Part shown: positions 1 through 8,732 of the stretch, in pieces
Position numbering within the stretch: the first letter of the stretch is position 1
How the letters are laid out: every line of letters starts with the position of its first letter
Origin: a virus
Length of the DNA: 60,226 nucleotides
Virus record (IMG/VR): IMGVR_UViG_3300045988_163836
Strand: one strand, 5' to 3'
Translations under genes and position numbers: made by a program
The notes under the pieces: generated by a model
The model's input: only the letters and a program-made list of their open reading frames with translations
Databases searched by the model: none
What the model was told of the DNA's origin: nothing

Positions 1-314
1 AGTAGTGAATTAGTTAAACGACAGTTGGAAATTTACAATAGTTATCTAGTGAGCATTAAGAATTGCAGACTTGCCCTTGCAGAAGTGTCTACGGCAAAGT
101 GGTGGTTGTATTTTGGTCATTAAATTAATGTTGACAATTATTCATTCTACATTAGACCCGCTATGGTTTCTCATTCCGGGTCTAATCCTATTAGGAGTAG
201 CTATTTATTTACGTTTACATTTAGAAGATTAAATTTTATATAGAACTATTTTCTAAATATATTATACAAAAAAATTTTAATTATGTCAAGCCATTTTGGG
301 CAAAGGAGGATAAT

Positions 315-752
315 ATGGATAAAGATTATTTATACGAATTTTGGTCGCCAGAAGGCGATTATTAGAAAGTGCGGGCCACTCCATCTGAAGCACGAAGGCA
401 TGATATCACTGGCAGCATGTTAATGAAAGTAGCTTGCGATTGTTATCATGAGCATTATATGGAATATCGTAATGTAGCTGATGTATTAAGTAAATGTTAT
501 TATAATAGGACTCTTATTACAGATGAAGCACGCGACAAGAAAGATGAAGATTGTTTTAGACTAATTGGTTATACACCTTATGGCGAATCTAATACCTGGA
601 TTGTAGCGAATGGGTCTGATAGTATAAAACAATTTGAACATGGGATGAAAACAGAATTAACAGTAGAATGGTGGCCGGAACATCGTGATGAATACGATAA
701 CAAAGAAGATTTCTATAATGCTTGTTATTGTAAGGTGGAACCTGTAAAATGA
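315..752 (+). CDS. hypothetical protein
   Basis: RBS aaaggagga lies upstream of ATG 315. An in-frame TAG at 363 read as Gln joins this start to the 369..752 ORF. The gene ends at a TGA that overlaps the next start. Confidence 0.5.
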
Positions 753-1174
753 TGAATTATTATATTTTAAACTTCTATACACCAAAAGATGAAATGGTAA
801 AAGAAGTTTTTATAGATAAAGATACCATAACTCAATCATTTATTAATCGTATTCTATTGGATATTGCTGAAAATTTTTTTGGACATAAGTATGATAATTC
901 TGCGGCAATGGTTAATTATTTAGAGCATTGCTATTATACTAAAGAAAAAGTAAATCAAAACAGAAAAAAAGAATACTGGAATATTATCGTTGCCGACTAT
1001 CAAGGTAATACTGAAACAGAAAGTTATCTTGCTACTGAAGATTTTAATGTAGATAAAGCTATTGATCGGCTGAAACATTATTTAGCATTTATTCATAAAC
1101 CATCAGATATGAGTGAGCAAGAGTATGTTGATAAATATTGTTATTTAGTATCGGCAGAAAAAATTGAAAAATAA
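749..1174 (+). CDS. hypothetical protein
   Basis: 141-aa ORF whose start overlaps the upstream stop. It ends at TAA and is followed by an AT-rich promoter-like box and an RBS. Confidence 0.5.
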   Translation: MMNYYILNFYTPKDEMVKEVFIDKDTITQSFINRILLDIAENFFGHKYDNSAAMVNYLEHCYYTKEKVNQNRKKEYWNIIVADYQGNTETESYLATEDFNVDKAIDRLKHYLAFIHKPSDMSEQEYVDKYCYLVSAEKIEK

Positions 1175-1219
1175 AAAATAATATTATATAATATTTATAT
1201 AATAAAGGAGGAAATATTA

Positions 1220-2378
1220 TATGAGTTATTTATTTACCAGTGAGAGCGTTTTTGCCGGTCACCCTGATAAGGTTTGTGATTAGGTAAGTGATGCTATTCT
1301 GGATTATGTCCTCCAGCTTGACCCTGATGCACGAGTAGCTTGTGAATGTACTATTAGTCCAGGTCTTTTCCACATCATGGGAGAGATTACAGCTAAAACA
1401 GAACAATCTATTCCTTATCAGGAAATTGCAAGAGAGACTTTAAGATTTATTGGTTATGACAATGATGAAGCAGGATTTAACTGCGACACTTGTTCATATA
1501 TTATTAATGTAGTAAATCAATCCCCTGACATCGCTGCGGGTGTCGATAGGGATGGTGCTGGAGATCAAGGCATGATGTTTGGTTATGCAACTAACGAAAC
1601 AGAAAATTATATGCCTATTGCCCAGCAACTTGCTAACAATATCTCGGTCATTATGTTTAGTAAGTATAAAAATGATTTGCTACCTTGGGCATTACCTGAC
1701 GGCAAATGTCAGATAACTGTCCAATACGATGATGATGGCAACTTTGAAGGGGTAGATACAATTGTCGTATCGGCCCAACACAAAGACAAATATAGTATTA
1801 AGGAAATAACACCCGATATTACGAACATTTGTAATATTGCCCTTCAAGGTTATGCCATTAAGAAAGATTGTAAATTTTATATTAACCCAACAGGCAGATT
1901 CGTAATTGGTGGACCTGCGGCTGACATTGGATTAACCGGACGTAAAATCGTCGTAGATACATATGGTGGTTATGCTCCACATGGTGGGGGATGTTTTTCA
2001 GGGAAGTCGCCCTGTAAAGTAGATAGGTCTGGTGCTTATATGGCACGTTATGTAGCTAAAAATCTTGTAGCTTCTGGTGTTTGTGATAAATGTATGATTC
2101 AAGTTGCTTATATTATTGGGCAGACAGAACCTGTATCTATTAATATTAATTGTTTTGGTACAGAAAAGAAACCTATCGCTGAAATTCTTGAAGCAGTTAA
2201 TCAGACATTTGATTTTGCACCGCGTAGTATTATTCATAAATTTGATTTAAAACATACTCGCTATTTACCCTATGCTTGCTTCGGTCATTTTGGTCGTATT
2301 GAATGTAATAGTCCTTGGGAACAGCTTGATAAAGTAGAAGAATTAAAAACAATTTTTGATTTTAAAAAGGAGAACTAA
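1220..2378 (+). CDS. metK: S-adenosylmethionine synthetase (MetK) with an apparent +1 frameshift near 1258-1262
   Basis: It carries the MetK signatures GHPDK-like PDKVCD, GAGDQGMMFGYA and GGGCFSGKSPCKVDRSGAY. The in-frame TAG at 1281 sits exactly at the conserved Gln of CDQ(I/V)SDAILD. The N-terminal motif MSYLFTSESVFAG from ATG 1220 is in a frame one base off from the rest of the protein. The observed ...GCCGGTCAACCCTGATAAG... compares with the expected ...GGTCACCCTGATAAG..., which suggests one extra A. Confidence 0.8.
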
Positions 2379-2379
2379 T

Positions 2380-2466
2380 ATGGACCCCGTAATTATTCTT
2401 GTTATTGCTATTGTCGTCCTTGGTGGATTGTATTTCTATAACTATAAGAAAGGAACCAAGTATTAA
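2380..2466 (+). CDS. small hydrophobic peptide (28 aa)
   Basis: ATG follows the RBS aaaaggagaac. The product is a TM-like stretch VIILVIAIVVLGGLYFY and the ORF ends at TAA. Confidence 0.3.
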   Translation: MDPVIILVIAIVVLGGLYFYNYKKGTKY

Positions 2467-2467
2467 T

Positions 2468-2701
2468 ATGATTTATTGCCTTGTTCCAAAAGATGAACTA
2501 AAAGATTTGCTCTATGATAGTTTGCGACTTCAAGCATTAGACTGTGGTGGCGTTGACAATTGGGATTGGTATGGTGCATCTATTGGAGATTTTATTGATG
2601 CCGCCAAGGCAGACTATAATGTTTCAGAAGATGATGATGATTTCGACATTAGTGATATGGCTGATGTAGATGTTGAAGGTTACAGAACAATGGAGGAATA
2701 A
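2468..2701 (+). CDS. hypothetical acidic protein
   Basis: ATG 2468 lies just after the upstream TAA. The product has a D/E-rich C-terminus. Confidence 0.45.
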   Translation: MIYCLVPKDELKDLLYDSLRLQALDCGGVDNWDWYGASIGDFIDAAKADYNVSEDDDDFDISDMADVDVEGYRTMEE

Positions 2702-2703
2702 TT

Positions 2704-3114
2704 ATGTTATTGTATTTGTTGGCTATTGTTATCGGCGTAATTTGTTTTATCATTGCAAAATGTTTGAGTGATAATTTTAGTGATTGGGCTGCTCTTCCAT
2801 TTACTATTGGCTTTATACTTGCTCTTGTAGTATTATTTAGTACAATTGCTTTTATATGCCACAAAGCAACTGCATCTATTGACCGTGCTAATGTAGAAGC
2901 CGAACGAGATGTTATTGTTTATCAGATAGAACACCATGATAGTTTCCTTGAAACTTCAAGAGTTGGTGTAAATGAATTGTATTATACTCAAGTAAAAGAA
3001 TTCAATGAAAAAGTGCGTATTCATCAGTTCTATAGGAGTAATCCTTGGACAAGTTGGTATGAGCAGCCATTTTGGTCAGAAATTGAATTGATTGATTATA
3101 CAGAGGAGTCTTGA
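2704..3114 (+). CDS. membrane protein
   Basis: Two N-terminal hydrophobic helices. A hairpin terminator lies immediately downstream. Confidence 0.5.
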   Translation: MLLYLLAIVIGVICFIIAKCLSDNFSDWAALPFTIGFILALVVLFSTIAFICHKATASIDRANVEAERDVIVYQIEHHDSFLETSRVGVNELYYTQVKEFNEKVRIHQFYRSNPWTSWYEQPFWSEIELIDYTEES

Positions 3115-3138
3115 TAAGAGACTCCTCTTTTATTTTTA
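3104..3138 (+). terminator. rho-independent terminator
   Basis: Hairpin GAGGAGTCTTGATAAGAGACTCCTC followed by TTTTATTTTT. Confidence 0.6.
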
Positions 3139-3168
3139 TAAAAAAATATTATAAAATATATATATAAA
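3136..3168 (+). promoter_or_regulatory. phage promoter consensus copy (AT-rich upstream box plus TATAAAATATATATATAAA)
   Basis: This is one of more than 20 near-identical motifs. Other copies lie near 1176, 5790, 8686, 14693, 16400, 17860, 20645, 23650, 23855, 24018, 24493, 27308, 43945, 54567, 55548, 56848, 57538 and 58925. The consensus is TTGAAAA(A/T)TTAAAAAAATATTATATAATATATATA. Confidence 0.5.
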
Positions 3169-3171
3169 GAA

Positions 3172-3366
3172 ATGAGAGATATAAAGAATTTTAAAGGAGA
3201 CGATACTATGGACAAGATTAGAAACGAAGAAGTTGTCAATGCTTATAATAAGGTCGTTGATCTCTGTGTAAGTAATTATGAGTATATTGACAATGCTGAA
3301 GCGGAAGAAATTGACATGGCTCTTGATATTCTTTATAAGCAGCTTTTTGAGGAGGGTGACAGATAA
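3172..3366 (+). CDS. hypothetical protein
   Basis: ORF preceded by an RBS-like aaaggaga. Confidence 0.45.
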   Translation: MRDIKNFKGDDTMDKIRNEEVVNAYNKVVDLCVSNYEYIDNAEAEEIDMALDILYKQLFEEGDR

Positions 3367-4076
3367 TGGCTCTTGTTGCTAAATCTTATCAGGATTTGGA
3401 AATTGTCCGTGATACTTATATTGAAAATGGCAAGCGTTATTGTGATGTGCGGACCAAGGATGGCAAGGTCAAGAAGGTCAAGAGCTACACCCAGTCAGAG
3501 TATGACCGCTATTATCCTCCTGTAAAAATTATTAAACCTGGTAATCGTAAGCATATTCTTGGTTTTGATAATGGATATATTACCCTGTTTAAAGGTAATA
3601 CTTATGAAAATCTTGAATGGTTTGAACATTCTAATGCCCGTTTCCACACTACGTTCAAGTGGTATGTTGTTTCTACCGAAGAAGTTCCTGCCGATGTGCC
3701 GGAAGGTATTACGCCCGTGCAGCTGCCTTGGGAACTCGTAGGTAATGACGACGGCACTCTGAAAGATAATGCTGTTATTAATAAGGTAGTTGAAAATCTT
3801 ATTTATGATGAAGGCAATAGTCGTTATCAGGGTGAAGTTGGCGATAAGATTGAACGTGATGTAAAAGTAATTAAAAACATTGAAGCAGAAAATTACTATG
3901 GTGTTAATCATATTATGACGTTTATTGATGCCAATGAGAATCTGTACTGCTGGAGTACAGCCGCCAAGAATTGGGAAATTGGTAAGGAACTTACTATTAA
4001 GGGAACTATTAAGTCTCTTGGAACTTACCAGAAGCAGAAAATTACTTATTTGACGAGGTGTAGTGAAGTTGGATAA
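3366..4076 (+). CDS. hypothetical protein
   Basis: 236-aa ORF whose start overlaps the upstream stop. Confidence 0.55.
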   Translation: MALVAKSYQDLEIVRDTYIENGKRYCDVRTKDGKVKKVKSYTQSEYDRYYPPVKIIKPGNRKHILGFDNGYITLFKGNTYENLEWFEHSNARFHTTFKWYVVSTEEVPADVPEGITPVQLPWELVGNDDGTLKDNAVINKVVENLIYDEGNSRYQGEVGDKIERDVKVIKNIEAENYYGVNHIMTFIDANENLYCWSTAAKNWEIGKELTIKGTIKSLGTYQKQKITYLTRCSEVG

Positions 4077-4344
4077 TTGGATGGATATATTTGATGCATA
4101 TGCTGAAGAAGTTTATCAACATATGGTTAATGAAAAGCATTCTAATGCTCTTAAATATGGTAAGATTGCTATTGATTTACAGAGTGAAGAGAATGGGAAT
4201 TATTATCGTTTGCGTATAATCCTTTGGGATGATATGGTTTATGCAGATTGGATGCGTAATGGAATAGTTATTTTTTGTGAGCCGATTTCTGACAAGAAAA
4301 GTTATAATGAGAGGATTGAATTGAGTAATTGGAATTTGACATGA
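4063..4344 (+). CDS. hypothetical protein
   Basis: ORF with an overlapping start. Confidence 0.5.
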   Translation: MKLDNWMDIFDAYAEEVYQHMVNEKHSNALKYGKIAIDLQSEENGNYYRLRIILWDDMVYADWMRNGIVIFCEPISDKKSYNERIELSNWNLT

Positions 4345-4757
4345 GCAAGGTAATGTCTGGTCCAGGCAATCCTTTTGTATTTAATCAAATGGATTATTTA
4401 ATGGGTCGTATTAAAAAAGAAGACACATTACATAAATACCATGTTCTGCTTAAATCAGGTCAAGTTATTCTTGAAGACTATTGGTGTTGGCATGGTCATA
4501 AATGGTATAAAGCATTAATTAAATGCTTTGATGATTTTTATATTGTAATTACTACTGAAGAAGATGTAATTAGTATAGAAAAAATAGAAAATCCAACAGT
4601 AGATTCTATCTATATAGAATATATATTGGCAAGCAGACTGAGAGGAGATGAAGTTGATGGCGACTCTATATATGATGTGCGGCTTGAGTGCAAATGGAAA
4701 GACTACATTCGCGAAATCCTTCGCAAAGATGAATCACATCCGGTATGTAAACCCTGA
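4329..4757 (+). CDS. hypothetical protein
   Basis: The ORF's 3' end, about 110 nt, overlaps the next gene. The true end is uncertain. Confidence 0.4.
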   Translation: MEFDMSKVMSGPGNPFVFNQMDYLMGRIKKEDTLHKYHVLLKSGQVILEDYWCWHGHKWYKALIKCFDDFYIVITTEEDVISIEKIENPTVDSIYIEYILASRLRGDEVDGDSIYDVRLECKWKDYIREILRKDESHPVCKP

Positions 4758-5193
4758 TGAATTGTATGCTGTCTTCAATGGTGATGAATGCAACCGCTGT
4801 CATAAGTTCGAAGTTTGGCAGACATTATATCAGATTGTACATTGTGCAGAGATGGATAAGGCAGATATTATCATTGATACTAATTGTTTGACTCTTGGAC
4901 AGAGAGAAGAAATCAGAAGCCGTTTTCCTCATTTTGATAACTACCAGCTTATGGTTATTATCGCTAGTGTAGAAAATTCAAAGGAATGGAACTCCAAGAG
5001 ACATAGAGTTGTGCCGCAGCAGGAGCTTGAACGGCAGGCACGTATTGTAGATTGGCCTGATTTGACTGATCATTATAATGGTTGGAATAGTATTAGATAT
5101 TATTATAATGATGGCTCTCTGTTTACTAAATATCGTGAAATTTATGATGGCGAAGACCATGATCTGCGACAGAAGAAGGAGGATAATAAGTAA
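4648..5193 (+). CDS. P-loop NTPase or kinase-like protein
   Basis: Walker A motif GLSANGKTTFAK. Confidence 0.55.
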   Translation: MKLMATLYMMCGLSANGKTTFAKSFAKMNHIRYVNPDELYAVFNGDECNRCHKFEVWQTLYQIVHCAEMDKADIIIDTNCLTLGQREEIRSRFPHFDNYQLMVIIASVENSKEWNSKRHRVVPQQELERQARIVDWPDLTDHYNGWNSIRYYYNDGSLFTKYREIYDGEDHDLRQKKEDNK

Positions 5194-5750
5194 TGTTTTT
5201 AATTATTTTAGGTATTTTTATTGTATTTGCTATTATCTGTTTTATAGTATTTAGCTATTTTAAGAATTGGGAAGATTATCAGCGTTTTAAAAAGGAAGCC
5301 ATTGGATGGCATGATAAAACTGTTGAGCTTACCTTTGATGAAGTAATGAAATACTCTGCTATTAAGCCTGATAAATGGTGTATTAGTGATACTAGCATTT
5401 CTTATAAAATTGGTAAAAAAAATATTGTTGGTGAAAGTAAATTTTATGTGTATTTTAGTTCTTATAAGGAATACCGTAAATTTATCCAATGGTGGGAAAA
5501 TAAAAGAACTAAAGCAATGCAGGAAGCAGAACTGCTTAAGGGTCTTGAATTTTGTGACCTTATGAAAGCAGATTGTCAGACACTCAAAGAAGAAAGCCAA
5601 GAGGCAATTTGTAAGGCGGCAATTAGTAGTGCCCAGCTTATTAAGCAAACGGTTGAAAATGATGCTGAACTTAAACATATTTATAAGTGTGTAGTTAATG
5701 AGGATGGTATTGTTGAACTTGTTAAATATAATTATACTGCAACTGCATAA
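5193..5750 (+). CDS. membrane-anchored hypothetical protein
   Basis: N-terminal TM segment. The start overlaps the upstream TAA. Confidence 0.5.
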   Translation: MFLIILGIFIVFAIICFIVFSYFKNWEDYQRFKKEAIGWHDKTVELTFDEVMKYSAIKPDKWCISDTSISYKIGKKNIVGESKFYVYFSSYKEYRKFIQWWENKRTKAMQEAELLKGLEFCDLMKADCQTLKEESQEAICKAAISSAQLIKQTVENDAELKHIYKCVVNEDGIVELVKYNYTATA

Positions 5751-5844
5751 TTGACTACCCGGAAGGTTCTATTTCTTGTTTGTAAATTTGAAAAAAATAA
5801 AAAAATATTATATAATTTATATATAAAGATAAGGAGTAATTAAT

Positions 5845-6069
5845 ATGTTTGGTTTTGATGATAGTTATTTTCTGTTCATGAATGAAGCAGAGGGTACTGG
5901 AATGGTAAACACTCGTACTGGATGTATTAATACTCTGGTACGTAAGATGCAAGAAAATCCTCGATGGTATGTTGAGGAAAATTTTAATATTATGTGTGAA
6001 GAGTGCGGGATTGAGGATATCACACCTGCCGAAGAAGATATGGTATGGGAGATGTATAGTCGAGGATGA
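5845..6069 (+). CDS. hypothetical protein
   Basis: RBS aaggag lies upstream. Preceded by the promoter consensus. Confidence 0.45.
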   Translation: MFGFDDSYFLFMNEAEGTGMVNTRTGCINTLVRKMQENPRWYVEENFNIMCEECGIEDITPAEEDMVWEMYSRG

Positions 6070-7682
6070 AAGCTTATTTAAAAGACATATGGCCGATGGA
6101 CAAGAAAAGAACTTATAGTCCAGTCTATGATGCCAAAGTTTATAATAAAGAAGCCTGGGAAAAGCTACTAGATGATTTTAACAAAAATGTTAAAGCCGGA
6201 GCTTATAATAAACTGCTTTATACTGATTGGAAAGTTCTCCATTTAATGGATGGAGACTATAAGGTAGTATGGTTTGAGATTAATAATACCTGTCTTGCTC
6301 CTACTATAGTCCATATTCAGGAATTTAAGTATTTAAAAGATTCAGATAATTTTAGAATGGTAGGTACTGATAAGAAGTATAATACTTCTGAAGATGATTA
6401 TTCATTTGGTACATATTTGGCCGATATGTTGTTCTATGATTATTTTGATTGGGTAGAAGCTGATGAAAAGGTAGATGATTATAGGCTATTTGGCTTAACT
6501 AATTTAGGAGCTTATAGTTCAGAGGACGGCATCGGTTGGCGTGCTATTAATTGGGCACTTAATCCCGCGGTGGAGGGTACAACTGGTCAAGTGATTTTTA
6601 ATGATGTAAAAAAAGATATAAAGAAGCTCAATTGCGAATTTAATAAGACTACTGAGATTCTTAATAATTGTTATAATAAAATTAACGAAAATACTGAATG
6701 GCTTAATAAAGTATATGAAAATGTAGATAAAGTAAAAAATACCACATTTTCTGATACGGCAACTATTAATGTTAGCCCTATTGATCCAGCTAAATTGGAT
6801 ATTAAAGATGAAACAGCTTCTACTGCGTCTGTTAGTATAGATTGGGGATATCGTCCAACCGCTTCTACAGCTAGTTCTATTACTGGCGAAAGTGTTATAG
6901 GGAAAACTATTGAAGTTAATGGTGATTCTGGTATTACTTATAATCCATATACTACAGCTACTGTTTCAATCTGTAATAGTTTAACTAGCCGTATTGATAC
7001 AATGGAAGAAAGAATTAATAAACTTGAAACAAACAATGATGATGTGAAAGGTAAAGGAAATAATATGAAGATGTTTAATTTTGATTTTGGTCCGATTAAG
7101 GATAATGATGCTGTTCGTATGTCGCCGTATGGTCTGGCGGTTAAGAATGTTAATGGCACATATCAGGCTTATGATAAGAAGAATGGCGAGATTATGGATG
7201 TTGATATTTTCAACTTTAAGGCTGATAATATGTTCTTCAAGATGCCTGTTGGCATTGACGCCATTGAAGCTGGTGATGTGATTATTTTCAACAGACGTCC
7301 GTGTTTTGTCTTTGGTTTCTCCGAGCAGGGTGATGTAATTGCAATTGATATTGCAATGGGTGAAAAGAAGACTATTATGCCTACAAAGTCTCCTTTTGGT
7401 AATTTTAGTTTTATTACTAAAATTGTAAGCCTTTTTGATAATATGATGGCTCCTCCTTCTAAAGACAACCCTCTGGGCAATATGTGGATGTTTACTCTTC
7501 TTGATGACAATAATAAGTCCATGAAAGATATTCTTCCTATGATGCTGCTTATGAATGGTGCAAATGGTATGACCGGTTTTAATCCTATGATGCTCTATCT
7601 TATGTCGGATAAGGCTGATGGTGATAAAGATTGGCTTCTGCCGATGCTTATGATGAATAATTTTCCGGGTAAGACTAATTAA
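6066..7682 (+). CDS. large hypothetical protein with a Met-rich C-terminal repeat region
   Basis: 538 aa. It has a coiled-coil-like middle. The C-terminus repeats PMMLLMNG / NPMMLYLMSD / LLPMLMMNNFPG. Confidence 0.55.
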   Translation: MKAYLKDIWPMDKKRTYSPVYDAKVYNKEAWEKLLDDFNKNVKAGAYNKLLYTDWKVLHLMDGDYKVVWFEINNTCLAPTIVHIQEFKYLKDSDNFRMVGTDKKYNTSEDDYSFGTYLADMLFYDYFDWVEADEKVDDYRLFGLTNLGAYSSEDGIGWRAINWALNPAVEGTTGQVIFNDVKKDIKKLNCEFNKTTEILNNCYNKINENTEWLNKVYENVDKVKNTTFSDTATINVSPIDPAKLDIKDETASTASVSIDWGYRPTASTASSITGESVIGKTIEVNGDSGITYNPYTTATVSICNSLTSRIDTMEERINKLETNNDDVKGKGNNMKMFNFDFGPIKDNDAVRMSPYGLAVKNVNGTYQAYDKKNGEIMDVDIFNFKADNMFFKMPVGIDAIEAGDVIIFNRRPCFVFGFSEQGDVIAIDIAMGEKKTIMPTKSPFGNFSFITKIVSLFDNMMAPPSKDNPLGNMWMFTLLDDNNKSMKDILPMMLLMNGANGMTGFNPMMLYLMSDKADGDKDWLLPMLMMNNFPGKTN

Positions 7683-7749
7683 TTAATTTATCTCCATAGT
7701 TAAAAAGTGTAGAAGATAATTTTACTTTTTAACTATGGAGGATTTTTAT

Positions 7750-8658
7750 ATGCCAGCAAAGAAAGATTTAACTGGAAAAAGATTTGGTAGATTGTTAGTA
7801 GAATATGATACGGGTAAAAAAAATAGTTATAATCGTATTCTATGGCATTGTAAATGCGATTGCGGTAATGAACTTGATATATCAAGTGCTTCTTTAAATA
7901 GAGCTAAACCTACATAGTCTTGTGGTTGTTTACAAAGAGAAAAAACAAGAGAGGCTAATCAATCTGAAGATTTAACTGGAAAAGTTTATGGATATTTAAC
8001 TGTTTTACGACGTATGCCTAATAGTGCCTTATGGGAATGTCAATGTAAATGTGGTAATAAAGTGATAGTAAATACAAATCATTTAAATACAGGTCATACT
8101 AAATCTTGCGGATGCTATTAAAAAGAAAGAACTTCTGAAACATCTACTGTTAATTTAGTAGGTAAAAGGTTTGGATTATTAACTGTTATAAAATTAGATA
8201 CAGAAAAATCAATTCCTAAAATTAAATATTGGATTTGTCAATGTGATTGTGGTAATATAGTTTCAGTGAGAGGAAGTCATTTAAGTAGCGGTGACACTCA
8301 ATCTTGTGGATGTTTAAAAATATCTCATGGAGAATTAAAAATACAATAGATATTAGAAGAATATCATATCCCTTATGTAAGAGAAAAGAGTTTTGATGAT
8401 TGTATTAATCCTAAAACTAATAAAAAATTAAGATTTGATTTTTTTGTTGATAATAAATATTTAATTGAATATGATGGAATATAGCATTCTATAGATGCTC
8501 CTACAAAAAATTGGGGAGAGTCAATAGATGATATGCAATATAGAGACAATATAAAAACTCAATGGTGTAGAGATAATAATATTCCATTAATTAGAATACC
8601 ATATACGAAATATAAAGATTTAACAATAGATGATTTACTTTTATAGGAGCCTTGTTAA
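7750..8658 (+). CDS. homing-endonuclease-like protein with three N-terminal Cys/His repeat modules and a C-terminal Vsr/DUF559-like nuclease domain, carrying an in-frame TAA
   Basis: RBS ggagga precedes ATG 7750. Three tandem modules LTGKRFGxLxV...WxCxCxCGN...SCGC are followed by ...LRFDFFVDNKYLIEYDGIQH.... One frame is continuous through TAGs at 7915, 8347, 8482 and 8644. A TAA at 8119 aligns with a Gln/Lys of the other repeats. The gene ends inside a terminator hairpin. Confidence 0.55.
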
Positions 8659-8680
8659 AGGCTCCTTATTTTATTTTTAT
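8647..8680 (+). terminator. rho-independent terminator
   Basis: GGAGCCTTGTTAAAGGCTCC followed by a T-rich tract. Confidence 0.6.
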
Positions 8681-8732
8681 AAAAAAATATTATAAAATAT
8701 ATATATAAATTAAAGGGAAAAGGTGAATTAAA

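Noticed and set aside
3495-3911. Numerous minus-strand ORFs inside + strand genes (for example 1998..2237, 2649..2864, 3495..3911, 5208..5678, 8997..9524, 9678..10181, 11980..12279, 16389..16835, 34490..34930)
   Set aside because: They are AT-rich, low-complexity, Ile/Asn/Phe-rich translations antisense to motif-bearing + strand genes. They have no RBS or promoter context.
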